Positions 1-9,153 of a stretch of DNA of 64,000 bases are shown in pieces. The notes beneath the pieces were generated by a model that saw nothing but the letters and a program-made list of their open reading frames with translations, was not told the origin of the DNA and did no database searches. Origin of the DNA: Gammaproteobacteria bacterium (GTDB lineage Bacteria; Pseudomonadota; Gammaproteobacteria; JAADHS01); assembly GCA_013151745.1 (NCBI GenBank), contig JAADHS010000078.1, positions 255 to 64,254 on the forward strand, given 5' to 3'. The position numbers and the translations under genes are program-made. The first letter of the stretch is position 1. Each line of letters opens with the position of its first letter.

Positions 1-891
1 ACCCAGTCCAGTGATAAATTCATCACTTACAAATGATCGCACAAATTTGTATCGACCTCCACTGACATTCGCTCCTTCACCCTGGTCTGTGGCAAAGTCA
101 AAATTTCCTTGGTTTTCAGGAATGTCAGGGTCATTGATGACAAGTTGATTAGTCATAACGCCTGCTATGCTGTCGGTGTCGTAATCACTATTGCTCATGT
201 CCATAACAAACTTCAAATTGATTCTACCTGTGGCTATATCCTGGCTAATGATGGGCTTGTTTGCCAATTGGTCTTTTAAAAATTCTTGAGTAAAGCCACT
301 GGTGTCATCTCTAATAAACTGACGCATGACCATTTTCCCGGGATCCCCTGTTCCATTTCCCGTCAAAATAGAATTGTTGCTTAATGGATCTGCGCCATTG
401 TTATCTGCGTTACACGCGACTCGTTCATCAAATGACGCTCGATTACCAGCTAAGCAGGCACGACCTCCACTAAAGGAAGTTTGTCTTTGAACACCAGGAA
501 GGGTTCGCCAGTTAGTCCCTCCCATTTGCATATAAATTTCTTGAACAAAACCTTCTTCTTCACTTCCTATTACCAAGTGATAGTAGCTTACGCCATTGAT
601 CTCTACTTTTTCTTGGAGAAATGCAGTTGTCGTATCATCCCCCATTTGTCCTGTAGTATACCATTGGGGGTTACTCTGTTCTTGGCAGTTATAATCAGCC
701 TGTCCTGCGGTGTTGCAGAAAAGCGTCGATCTGTCTATGCGAAGACCGTCATCTCGTGGAGCGGCATCAAAAGTGAAGTCTAATGTTTGGGGGTTAACGT
801 TAGTTAAGTTTTGTGCAAGTGACGAGCTTGATGCCAGTGCAAGCCATAGAAACATAGCGGCTGCGATAGATGTCCTTAACGATGTAAACAT
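1..891 (-). CDS. Secreted protein of unknown function; start codon at 889-891, C-terminal part lies beyond the window start
   Basis: I translated the minus strand by hand from 891 down to 1. The frame is open throughout (297 codons) and begins MFTSLRTSIAAAMFLWLALASSSSLA, a typical Sec signal peptide. The protein is Gly/Asn/Asp/Thr-rich with several Cys. It is absent from the ORF track because no stop falls in the window. The plus-strand ORFs 481-783 and 710-940 lie antisense to it. Confidence 0.5.
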   Translation of the reverse strand, partial: MFTSLRTSIAAAMFLWLALASSSSLAQNLTNVNPQTLDFTFDAAPRDDGLRIDRSTLFCNTAGQADYNCQEQSNPQWYTTGQMGDDTTTAFLQEKVEINGVSYYHLVIGSEEEGFVQEIYMQMGGTNWRTLPGVQRQTSFSGGRACLAGNRASFDERVACNADNNGADPLSNNSILTGNGTGDPGKMVMRQFIRDDTSGFTQEFLKDQLANKPIISQDIATGRINLKFVMDMSNSDYDTDSIAGVMTNQLVINDPDIPENQGNFDFATDQGEGANVSGGRYKFVRSFVSDEFITGLG

Positions 892-1189
892 TTTTTTCCC
901 CAATTTTCAAATGCTGTTACCGAGAGTCTATTTAAAATGAATGGCATGTTTGCTTTTCATTTATCTTTCTCTCTTAACTAAACCGCACCTTCATTGTCCT
1001 ATGAAGAACTATGAATTGCAATACCTTTGAGCCTGAAACAGCACACTGAGTGATGAGTTAGGACATGATAATCAATAATATCTCTTTGTGTGAATTTTCT
1101 TAAGGCTATGTTACTCTAGTTGATGTTACAAAATAATCTTTTATATTAGGTGGTTACGTATGGTTGGTATATTTATATAAGGTTCTTCC

Positions 1190-1837
1190 ATGATGTTGCA
1201 GAATATTCCACTGTTTTCTAATTTGTCAGAAAAAGATTTAGCCGCACTGACACAACGCGCGGCAACTAAAAGTTATCCCAAAAATACTATTTTAGTGAGT
1301 GAAGGTGATGAAACTGACTCTCTTTTTGTTATTGAATCCGGAAAAGTAAAAGTTTTCCTTAGTGACCATGAAGGGAAAGAAATTATTATCAACGTTCATG
1401 GTCAGGGAGAATATTTTGGTGAGATTGCCTTGCTTGATGATTCTCCACGCTCCGCATCGGTGATGACTCTTGAGTCGTGTCGCGTTATGCTGATATCAAA
1501 AAGAGATTTTGAAGAGTGTCTGAGTCAAAACCCCTCTATTGCACTTTGTCTTTTACGTGATTTGACTCTTCGCTTGCGTACCCTGACTGATAATGTGAAA
1601 AGTCTGGCCTTGATGGATGTTTACGGTCGCATAGCACGTATTCTTCTTAGTATGGCTTCTGAAGAGGGCGATAAACTTGTTATTAGCCAGAAGCTCACAC
1701 AGAAAGAAATTGCGAACAGGGTGGGAGCCTCTCGAGAAATGGTCAGCCGTATTATGAAAGATCTTGCAACGGGTGGATACATTACAGTAAAAAAAAGTGG
1801 CATTATTATTAACCATAAATTACCAGAAAACTGGTAG
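1190..1837 (+). CDS. Crp/Fnr-family transcriptional regulator (cNMP-binding domain plus C-terminal HTH)
   Basis: It has the cNMP-binding signature (GEYFGEIALLDDSPRSASV) and a C-terminal HTH (TQKEIANRVGASREMVSRIMKDL). Length of 215 aa is typical of Crp/Vfr/Clp. Confidence 0.85.
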   Translation: MMLQNIPLFSNLSEKDLAALTQRAATKSYPKNTILVSEGDETDSLFVIESGKVKVFLSDHEGKEIIINVHGQGEYFGEIALLDDSPRSASVMTLESCRVMLISKRDFEECLSQNPSIALCLLRDLTLRLRTLTDNVKSLALMDVYGRIARILLSMASEEGDKLVISQKLTQKEIANRVGASREMVSRIMKDLATGGYITVKKSGIIINHKLPENW

Positions 1838-2004
1838 CCTTTAGTCGGGGCAACATCCCTTTCTCGATTCATCCTTATTCCGCAGCACGCAGGTTTTTCA
1901 AAAAGGGTGGTAATTTATCACATTAATTTAGTGATTTAAGTCGAAGATCAAAATAATCTGCGAATATAGTATGTGTTTTCAAGTCTAAAACAGGAAGCTA
2001 ACTA

Positions 2005-2694
2005 ATGAAAACAAAAACTATTTTAGTGGACGATCAAGTACTGGTGAGAAACGGGTTGAGTGAATTAATACAGCAAACTGAGGGCATGATCGTCGTCGCT
2101 CAATTTTCACGATTCGATGAGTTGTTAAATTATTTGCGTAATCATTATGCAGAATTGATTGTTATGGAGTGGAATCTACCAGGAATAGGCGGGATCGAAA
2201 CGATTCGGAGGCTGCGTAAAAGTTATCCCGGCATCAAAATACTGATTGTTAGTAGTGCTATATATGATCCCTTTCCTCGTCGGCTTATTGAAGCCGGTGC
2301 GAATGGTTTAGTGAGTAAAAAAAGTTCGCCAGATGAATTCAACAGGGCGTTGAAGGAAACGATCAAGGGTCAGCAATATATGAGTGTTGATGTTGTGCAG
2401 CAGGCCTTAGCTCGAGAATATCTGGCTCCCAGCCAAAAATCACCTTTTGAAGAGCTCAGTAATCGTGAGTTGCAAGTGATGAAGTTGGCTGTAGAAGGGG
2501 AGCGAACTCGAGACATTTCCCATAGCTTGAGTCTCAGCCCTAAAACAGTCAGCACTTACAGGCACCGGCTTTATGATAAGTTAGGCGTTAAAGGTGATGT
2601 AGAATTAACGCGCTTGGCTATTCGCTATGGGGTGACTGGAGAGCAGTTTGTTCCGCATAAAATAAGTACATCGCACAGCCACCTCAGCCATTAA
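2005..2694 (+). CDS. NarL/FixJ (LuxR)-family response regulator with an atypical receiver: Glu replaces the phospho-acceptor Asp
   Basis: The N-terminal receiver has the DD pair (ILVDDQVL), the conserved S/T (VSSAIYD) and Lys (GLVSKKS). The canonical ...D-x-N-M/LPG motif reads ELIVMEWNLPGIGG, with E at the phospho-site. The C-terminal LuxR HTH is present (ELSNRELQVMKLAVEGERTRDISHSLSLSPKTVSTYRHRLYDKLGV). Confidence 0.8.
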   Translation: MKTKTILVDDQVLVRNGLSELIQQTEGMIVVAQFSRFDELLNYLRNHYAELIVMEWNLPGIGGIETIRRLRKSYPGIKILIVSSAIYDPFPRRLIEAGANGLVSKKSSPDEFNRALKETIKGQQYMSVDVVQQALAREYLAPSQKSPFEELSNRELQVMKLAVEGERTRDISHSLSLSPKTVSTYRHRLYDKLGVKGDVELTRLAIRYGVTGEQFVPHKISTSHSHLSH

Positions 2695-2753
2695 GTATGT
2701 TTAACAGCCAAGGAGGGCTTTTTAGAAAAAATTACATTTTTTTATTTTGAAGT

Positions 2754-3110
2754 TTAAGTTTGTTTCGCTTCAGACGTCGTATCCCCTTTAATATTGCTGG
2801 CAATATTATCTAGATCCCTATAATTTTGAGCCGCCGATTTAATTAATTGAAGACCCGTGTCAACCAGTTTATCTACAAGATTTGGAATCCGGTAGACGGT
2901 CAGACCTAGCCAAACAATGGCGGGTATCGCTACGATGGTTGCAAAAATTCCGTTGAAACCAATACCGTGATCGAGAAAGCTAATGATGGCGTATAAAACC
3001 ACCAAGGGAATCAAGGCGAGGCTACCAATATAGACCATAATAATTGTGGTAAAGAAGAAGCATGCGACTAATTGAATGAGTCTTGCCAGTATGATCTCAA
3101 CCGTTTGCAT
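2754..3110 (-). CDS. Small integral membrane protein (about 3 TM helices), unknown function
   Basis: 118-aa ORF with a strongly hydrophobic N-terminal two-thirds and a polar C-terminal tail. It is divergent from the next gene. No recognisable motif. Confidence 0.4.
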   Translation of the reverse strand: MQTVEIILARLIQLVACFFFTTIIMVYIGSLALIPLVVLYAIISFLDHGIGFNGIFATIVAIPAIVWLGLTVYRIPNLVDKLVDTGLQLIKSAAQNYRDLDNIASNIKGDTTSEAKQT

Positions 3111-3357
3111 AGTGTTTATTTATCCTCGCATGTTTGTGGGTCATGATCCTTATTTATGCTCAGGATCTTGAGTAGGGTTCATTCTAGCGAAACCGGCTCG
3201 TGAGAACAAGAAAAATGCAAAAGCTTGTCGAGATTCTTTACGATAGGCGTGGGTCTGATAGGGTGATATATTTTTTAAATTATTGAAAATAAACAATAAA
3301 TTTTTTTTGGTTCAATTCCTGCAGAGAGTGGGTTTTGGTGGAAATTAAGGATGTTCG

Positions 3358-3843
3358 ATGCAGCAATATGACATGAAAGAGGATAATACTGAGTTTGAGA
3401 TGGAACGGAGACATGGAAAAAACCGCCGTGCAGGGAAATATAACTTCAAAATGAGCTGGGGGACTCGGGGGCAGCGGTTATCAGGGCGTAGACAAGGAGA
3501 CTTGTTGAATACTTTTGTCGATCGTTATTCTCCACGGGTGCGGTATTTCAGTATTGGCTTGTTGATCTTATCCGTTCTCGATGCGTTGTTTACACTACGT
3601 ATCCTTGAAAAAGGAGGGGTAGAGCTTAATCCGTTTATGGGCGCATTAATTGCTTTTGATATTGGCTGGTTCCTCTTTGTCAAAATAGCAATGACAGCCG
3701 CTGCTTTGTTTACATTATTAATTTTTTATCATTTTAGCTGGATGCGCGTGCTCCGAGTTTCGCACATTATATATGGCGCATTTGTCATGTACGCTATACT
3801 TATTCAATATGAAATTGCGTTGTTATGGATGATCTATAAATAG
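3358..3843 (+). CDS. Membrane protein with an Arg/Lys-rich N-terminal segment and about 3 C-terminal TM helices, unknown function
   Basis: 161-aa ORF. The N-terminal 55 residues are highly basic (RRHGKNRRAGKY...RGQRLSGRRQGD) and are followed by hydrophobic helices. It is preceded by an AT-rich tract. Confidence 0.45.
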   Translation: MQQYDMKEDNTEFEMERRHGKNRRAGKYNFKMSWGTRGQRLSGRRQGDLLNTFVDRYSPRVRYFSIGLLILSVLDALFTLRILEKGGVELNPFMGALIAFDIGWFLFVKIAMTAAALFTLLIFYHFSWMRVLRVSHIIYGAFVMYAILIQYEIALLWMIYK

Positions 3844-3893
3844 AATCTGGCATCGAATTATGATGCGCACGTTCTTAAGTTGATGCGATAAGG

Positions 3894-6800
3894 ATGGTTA
3901 TGCGGAAAGGGCTAATAATATGGATGGTTATCTGGTTTTCTGGCGCTGTGCATGCTGGTGGAATGCCCCTGCATCACCAGCTTGAGGTCAAGATCAATCC
4001 GGCACTCAGTTTACTTGAAGTCACGGATACGTTGAAAATAAAAGCGGGGACAAATAATAAAAACTTTGTGTTTAAACTCCATTCCGCGCTTGAAATTAAA
4101 AATTTTGAAATATCGGGTAATGCGACGTCTCCTGAAAAAATAAAACAGGGTGTCACTGCCAGTGGTGTGTCGTGGACAGCCTACCAGTTTTCCATTCCTC
4201 AAGAAGGCGGGGTCGTGCAAATTATTTACGCGGGTCAAATTGGCCATAAAGTTTCTTCTGGGGAGACAGAGTACGCAAGAGGTTTTAGTGACACGCCGGG
4301 ATTGATTCATTCTGATGGTGCCTATTTAGCTGCGACTTCACTTTGGTATCCCTATTTCGGTGATGATCTTATTACATTTGATTTGCAGGTGACGGTGCCT
4401 GCGGATTGGGAGGCCATCAGTCAAGGGGAGCGTAAAAAACATATAAAATCAGATGAAAAAACTTTAGTGAAGTGGCAAGAGCATGCGCCGCAGGATGAAA
4501 TTTTTTTGATCGCCGGTCCGTACCAGGAGTATACGAAACAGCATGGTCAAGTTGAGGCGATGGTGTTTTTGCGTCAAGCTGATTCTGCATTAGCGCAAAA
4601 ATATCTAGATACGACGGGTCAGTATGTGGGTATGTATAGTAAATTGCTGGGACCATATCCATATAAAAAGTTTGCGTTGGTAGAAAATTTTTGGGAATCT
4701 GGTTATGGCATGCCCTCTTTTACTTTGTTAGGTTCCCGCATTATTCGCTTTCCGTTTATTTTGCATAGCTCTTTTCCTCACGAAATATTACATAACTGGT
4801 GGGGGAACGGGGTTTATGTTGACTATCAGCAAGGTAACTGGGCGGAAGGTTTAACGGCCTATTTAGCCGATCATCTGGTCAAAGAGCAGCGCGGAGAGGG
4901 TGTTGTTGAGCGGCGTAATGTTTTGCAAAAATATACAGACTATGTCAGTGATGAGCAAGATTTCCCGCTGGCTGATTTTCGCTCCCGGCACAGTTCGGCA
5001 ACGGAAGCGGTGGGCTATGGTAAAACCTTAATGCTGTTTCATATGCTACGGCAGAAAATGGGCGATGATTCTTTTGTACACGCCTTGCGTCGTTTTTATC
5101 GAGAATACCGTTTTAAACGTGCGAGTTACGAGGATTTGGAAGAGGTTTTCAGCACGGTTTACGGCCAGAATTTAAAGCCTTTTTTTGATCAATGGGTACG
5201 TCAAGCAGGGGCACCTGAGCTTCAACTAGCCCGAACACAAGTCATTAAACAGCGTGATGCTTATGAGCTACAACTGACTATCAAGCAAATTCAAGCCGGC
5301 TTTGCTTATCAACTGGACGTGCCCGTGAGCGTGACTCTGGAGGGGGTTGATGCCGCATTTCAAACTACAGTATATCTCGATGGGGCGAGCAGCGATGTCA
5401 GCATTGAAGTTCCGGCAAAGCCAATGCAGGTTGATATTGATTCCGAATTCGATATTTTCCGGCGTCTGGATAGTCGGGAAATTCCGGCTGCATTGTCTCA
5501 GGGCTTTGGTAGTGAGCAAGTGTTGCTTGTCTTGCCAAAAGCGGCATCTACGGAATTGGCTAATGCCTATCTGGCGATGGCAAAAGCCTGGCAGCAATCA
5601 CAGCCTGGAAATTGGCAGCTGGTATATGATGCCGACCTGACCCATTTACCTAAAGATAAAACCGTATGGTTATTTGGTTGGGATAATCGATTTTTTTCAG
5701 AATTCAAACGCGCTTTGCCAAAGGGTCAGGTTGATTTGAAAGCGACGAGCGGACGCCTGGACAATACCCTATTAAACAAGTCTGAACATAGTCTTGTGCT
5801 AACCGCTCGTGATCCTGAAAATCCAGAGCAAACCTTATTATGGCTAGGCTCAAATAGAGCGGATGCATTACCTGGTTTAGTGCGCAAATTGCCTCATTAT
5901 CGTAAGTATAGCTATCTTGCTTTTACCGGTGAGGCGCCGAGCAATATGCTAAAAGGGCAGTGGCGAGTGAGCACTTCGCCTTTGAGTCAATCGCTCCCTG
6001 GTTTACGTACAACTTCACCGCCAAACAAAGCTAAGATGAAAACAAGATCGGCATTAGCTTTATTGCCTGCTTTATTCTCTCAGCAAAATATGCTGCAAGA
6101 TATTGCTGTGTTAGCGGATGAAAAATTGGCCGGCCGGGGGTTGGGTAGTGTTGGGTTAGATCAAGCGGCTGATTATATTGCCGATGTTTTTAAGCAGGCG
6201 GGTCTGGCTACGTCTTTTCAACAATGGCAAGAAAAAGTACCAGGTAAACCGGGTTTAACGAAATTAAAAAATGTGATTGCCGTGATACCAGGCAGTGACT
6301 CTGATCTAGCGGGTCAGAGTGTTGTTGTTGGTGCGCACTATGATCACCTAGGTCGTGGCTGGCCGGATGTGCATGCGGGCGATGAAGGCCAGGTTCACCC
6401 TGGTGCTGATGATAATGCCAGTGGTGTTGCGGTGATGCTGGCATTGGCGAAAAATATGGCTAAAAGTTTCAAGCCGAAGCGTAGCATTGTCTTTGTTGCC
6501 TTTTCAGCTGAAGAAGCCGGCCGATTGGGGTCACGCTACTATGTGCAACATAGTGATCCTTATCCTGCTGACAAAATGATCGCAATGCTGAATTTAGATA
6601 CCGTAGGTCGCCTGGCTAATAATGATATTACTGTGTTCGGCACCGGAACCGCCAGCGAGTGGAAGCATATTTTCAGAGGCACGGGATTTGTGACCGGATA
6701 TAATGTGAAAAACGTTAAGGATGACGCCGGATTCAGTGATCAAAAAAGCTTTCATGAAGTGGGTGTTCCGGCAGTACAGTTTTTTGGTTCGGTTCATGCT

Positions 6801-7253
6801 GATTTTCATCGGCCTTCAGATACCGTAAAAAAAATTGATGCGGCAGGTTTAATTAAAATGGTGACGGTATTAAAAGAAACGGCGGCCTATTTAGCTGATC
6901 GACCGACAGCACTGAGTGCGTCTGATACGATTCGAAAAAATCGCAATAGCGATGATGTCCATAAACGGGTAGAGGCACCGAAAGAAGGCCGCAAAGTTAG
7001 TCTTGGCACTATTCCTGATTTTAACTATAGTGGTGTAGGTGTCCGTATCACCGGTGTAGTTCCCGATTCCCCCGCCGCACGAGCTGGTTTGATCGCAGGT
7101 GATGTGTTGCAACGCCTTAATAGTAAAAAATTAAAAAATTTAGCAGCTTATGCCCAAATACTACGTGGATTAACAGTGGGTGAGCAGATAAGCTTAACGT
7201 GGCTTAGAGATGGGGAAATCAAAAACCAAGAGCTGGTATTGGTGGCACGGTAA
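3894..7253 (+). CDS. Secreted multidomain metallopeptidase: N-terminal HEXXH-18-E gluzincin (M1/M61-like) domain, central/C-terminal M28 aminopeptidase domain, C-terminal PDZ domain
   Basis: Signal peptide (IIWMVIWFSGAVHAGG). Gluzincin motif HEILHNWWGN...WAEGLTAYL. M28 zinc-ligand hallmarks in the canonical order: VVVGAHYDHLGRG, DDNASGVAV, FSAEEAGRLGS, NLDTVGR, FHRPSDT. C-terminal PDZ: GVRITGVVPDSPAARAGLIAGDVLQRLN. An ATG at 3900 is an alternative start. Confidence 0.85.
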   Translation: MVMRKGLIIWMVIWFSGAVHAGGMPLHHQLEVKINPALSLLEVTDTLKIKAGTNNKNFVFKLHSALEIKNFEISGNATSPEKIKQGVTASGVSWTAYQFSIPQEGGVVQIIYAGQIGHKVSSGETEYARGFSDTPGLIHSDGAYLAATSLWYPYFGDDLITFDLQVTVPADWEAISQGERKKHIKSDEKTLVKWQEHAPQDEIFLIAGPYQEYTKQHGQVEAMVFLRQADSALAQKYLDTTGQYVGMYSKLLGPYPYKKFALVENFWESGYGMPSFTLLGSRIIRFPFILHSSFPHEILHNWWGNGVYVDYQQGNWAEGLTAYLADHLVKEQRGEGVVERRNVLQKYTDYVSDEQDFPLADFRSRHSSATEAVGYGKTLMLFHMLRQKMGDDSFVHALRRFYREYRFKRASYEDLEEVFSTVYGQNLKPFFDQWVRQAGAPELQLARTQVIKQRDAYELQLTIKQIQAGFAYQLDVPVSVTLEGVDAAFQTTVYLDGASSDVSIEVPAKPMQVDIDSEFDIFRRLDSREIPAALSQGFGSEQVLLVLPKAASTELANAYLAMAKAWQQSQPGNWQLVYDADLTHLPKDKTVWLFGWDNRFFSEFKRALPKGQVDLKATSGRLDNTLLNKSEHSLVLTARDPENPEQTLLWLGSNRADALPGLVRKLPHYRKYSYLAFTGEAPSNMLKGQWRVSTSPLSQSLPGLRTTSPPNKAKMKTRSALALLPALFSQQNMLQDIAVLADEKLAGRGLGSVGLDQAADYIADVFKQAGLATSFQQWQEKVPGKPGLTKLKNVIAVIPGSDSDLAGQSVVVGAHYDHLGRGWPDVHAGDEGQVHPGADDNASGVAVMLALAKNMAKSFKPKRSIVFVAFSAEEAGRLGSRYYVQHSDPYPADKMIAMLNLDTVGRLANNDITVFGTGTASEWKHIFRGTGFVTGYNVKNVKDDAGFSDQKSFHEVGVPAVQFFGSVHADFHRPSDTVKKIDAAGLIKMVTVLKETAAYLADRPTALSASDTIRKNRNSDDVHKRVEAPKEGRKVSLGTIPDFNYSGVGVRITGVVPDSPAARAGLIAGDVLQRLNSKKLKNLAAYAQILRGLTVGEQISLTWLRDGEIKNQELVLVAR

Positions 7254-7296
7254 GAGCAGAGGGGTGATTAAATAGGCTTGCGCTTATTCCTTCAGG

Positions 7297-8520
7297 TTAT
7301 TTAAATTTTGCAAGTAGTGCAGTTGCATCGGTTAATGCAACGGGATGGGAGATCCAGTTTCCCTGACCAAAATCACATGTGTATTCTAATAAACGGGCGG
7401 CTTGTTGAGGAGATTCTACACCTTCAGCGATGGTCGTCATGCCCAAATTGTGCGCTAAGTGAGCAAGGGTACGCACAATTTCAGCGCTTTTAGTGTTGCA
7501 AAGTATTTCGTCAATAAAAGATTTGTCAATTTTCAGACTGTCAAAAGGGAATCGGTAGAGATAATTAAAGCTGGAATAGCCCGTGCCAAAATCATCAATG
7601 GCGAGTTTTACTCCGATTTTTTTTAAATTATGGAGTGTTGTGCTTGCATGTTCGGGATTACTCATTAATAGTGTTTCAGTGATTTCCAACTTGATATCTT
7701 CAGGGTTATTTTCGTATTTGTGAATGATTTTCGCAATGGTTGAGGCCAGGCCGGGTTTTTCAAATTGCAGCGCTGAAATATTGATGCTGATAAAAGGGGA
7801 AATGTCGGGAAAGTGATTACGGAGTATTTTTTGTGCGCGACAGGCTTCTTTAATGATCCAGTTTCCGAGGGGGACGATCAAACCGGTTTTTTCTGAAAAT
7901 GAAACAAATTCAGAAGGTGGGATCAATCCTCTTGTTGGATGCTGCCAGCGTATTAGCGCTTCAAAACCTTGAATAGCGTGTTTTTTTAGGTGGGTTATGG
8001 GCTGGTAATAAAGTACAAATTCCTCTTCTTTTAGCGCTGTTAACAAGTTGGTTTCAAGTTTGATGTCATGGATCGTTCGTGTCTTGTCTGCTTCGTAGTT
8101 GGCATTGTGATTAAAACGTTGCTGGGCTGCAGGTTGTTTTTCATGTTCTTTTTTTAGAGTGACCAAGTTGGATCTGACTTCTTGAAAACGGTCAAGCAGC
8201 GCTCTAAGAAAAAAGGTAACGATCGGATCGGCTTCATCCAGTTTTCGTTTAAACATGTTTCGGTCAATCAATATGAGCTGTGCGTCATCTAACGCTTGGG
8301 CGCTTGCTGATCGTAAATCATCATTAATGAGTCCAAGTTCGCCAAAGAGATCTCCGCTTGCTGCTATGCCTAAAACTATACTTTGGCCGTTTAATAAAAC
8401 ACTGATTTCAACCTGTCCGGTTTCTACAATATAAGCGCAATCTGCGGGTGCACCCTCTTCAAAAATGATGTCCCCAGCAAGAAAGTTTTTTTTATGATAG
8501 CTTTGTTTTATCTCATCCAT
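7297..8520 (-). CDS. cNMP-binding (CAP-like) domain fused to an EAL c-di-GMP phosphodiesterase domain
   Basis: The ORF-track frame is 7297-8790, but the likely start is the ATG at 8518-8520 (MDEIKQ...), whose ATG overlaps the msrA TGA stop (ATGA). cNMP-binding signature FGELGLINDDLRSASAQA. The EAL domain carries all catalytic signatures: EALIRW, KLEITE, DDFGTGYSS, KIDKSF, EGVE. Confidence 0.85.
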   Translation of the reverse strand: MDEIKQSYHKKNFLAGDIIFEEGAPADCAYIVETGQVEISVLLNGQSIVLGIAASGDLFGELGLINDDLRSASAQALDDAQLILIDRNMFKRKLDEADPIVTFFLRALLDRFQEVRSNLVTLKKEHEKQPAAQQRFNHNANYEADKTRTIHDIKLETNLLTALKEEEFVLYYQPITHLKKHAIQGFEALIRWQHPTRGLIPPSEFVSFSEKTGLIVPLGNWIIKEACRAQKILRNHFPDISPFISINISALQFEKPGLASTIAKIIHKYENNPEDIKLEITETLLMSNPEHASTTLHNLKKIGVKLAIDDFGTGYSSFNYLYRFPFDSLKIDKSFIDEILCNTKSAEIVRTLAHLAHNLGMTTIAEGVESPQQAARLLEYTCDFGQGNWISHPVALTDATALLAKFK

Positions 8521-9148
8521 TCTTTTCGCCCGGTTTTCCCCATAGCTGTTGAAGGCGTTTATCTCTACCGCAGTTATAGCGATAAAACTTGTAACGTAAA
8601 GGGTTTTTGGTGTGGAAATCCTGATGATAGTCTTCGGCGACATAAAACACGCTGGCGGCGGTGATTTCTGTAACAATTGCTCCGTTGAACGGTTTGGTTT
8701 GATTGAGTCGTGTTTGGGATTGTTCCGCCCATTTTTTTTGTTCTGGGTTTTGATAAAAAATTTCAGCACGATATTGGTTACCATTATCACAAAATTGTTT
8801 GTTTTTCACGGTGGGGTCAATGTTGCGCCAAAAAATTTCAAGGAGTTGCTCATAACTTACTTTGTTCGGGTCAAAATGCACTTGTACTGCTTCGGTATGG
8901 CCGGTGTTACCTGCTGAGACTTGTTTGTAGCTTGGGTTTTTTACATGGCCGCCGATGTAACCTGATACTGTTTTTGTGACGCCCGTTACTTTGTCGAAAT
9001 CGGCCTCAATACACCAAAAACAACCGCCAGCAAAAAGGGCGGCTTGATCGCTGGTCTGTGTTGTTATTTGTTGGCTTTTGCTTGGCATCGTAACAAGTAG
9101 TAATAACAGGGTTAATGGGAACAGGGCTTTAAGTTTTTTCATAGTCAA
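8513..9148 (-). CDS. msrA: Peptide-methionine (S)-S-oxide reductase MsrA with an N-terminal Sec signal peptide (periplasmic)
   Basis: Active-site GCFWC motif (AALFAGGCFWCIEADF) with the usual downstream MsrA conservation. N-terminal MTMKKLKALFPLTLLLLLVTMPSKSQQ is a signal peptide. Confidence 0.9.
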   Translation of the reverse strand: MTMKKLKALFPLTLLLLLVTMPSKSQQITTQTSDQAALFAGGCFWCIEADFDKVTGVTKTVSGYIGGHVKNPSYKQVSAGNTGHTEAVQVHFDPNKVSYEQLLEIFWRNIDPTVKNKQFCDNGNQYRAEIFYQNPEQKKWAEQSQTRLNQTKPFNGAIVTEITAASVFYVAEDYHQDFHTKNPLRYKFYRYNCGRDKRLQQLWGKPGEKNG

Positions 9149-9153
9149 ACTTT

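Noticed and set aside
481-940. Plus-strand ORFs 481-783 and 710-940 from the ORF track
   Set aside because: They lie antisense to a continuous 297-codon minus-strand frame with a clear signal peptide. They have no motifs and are best explained as shadow ORFs.
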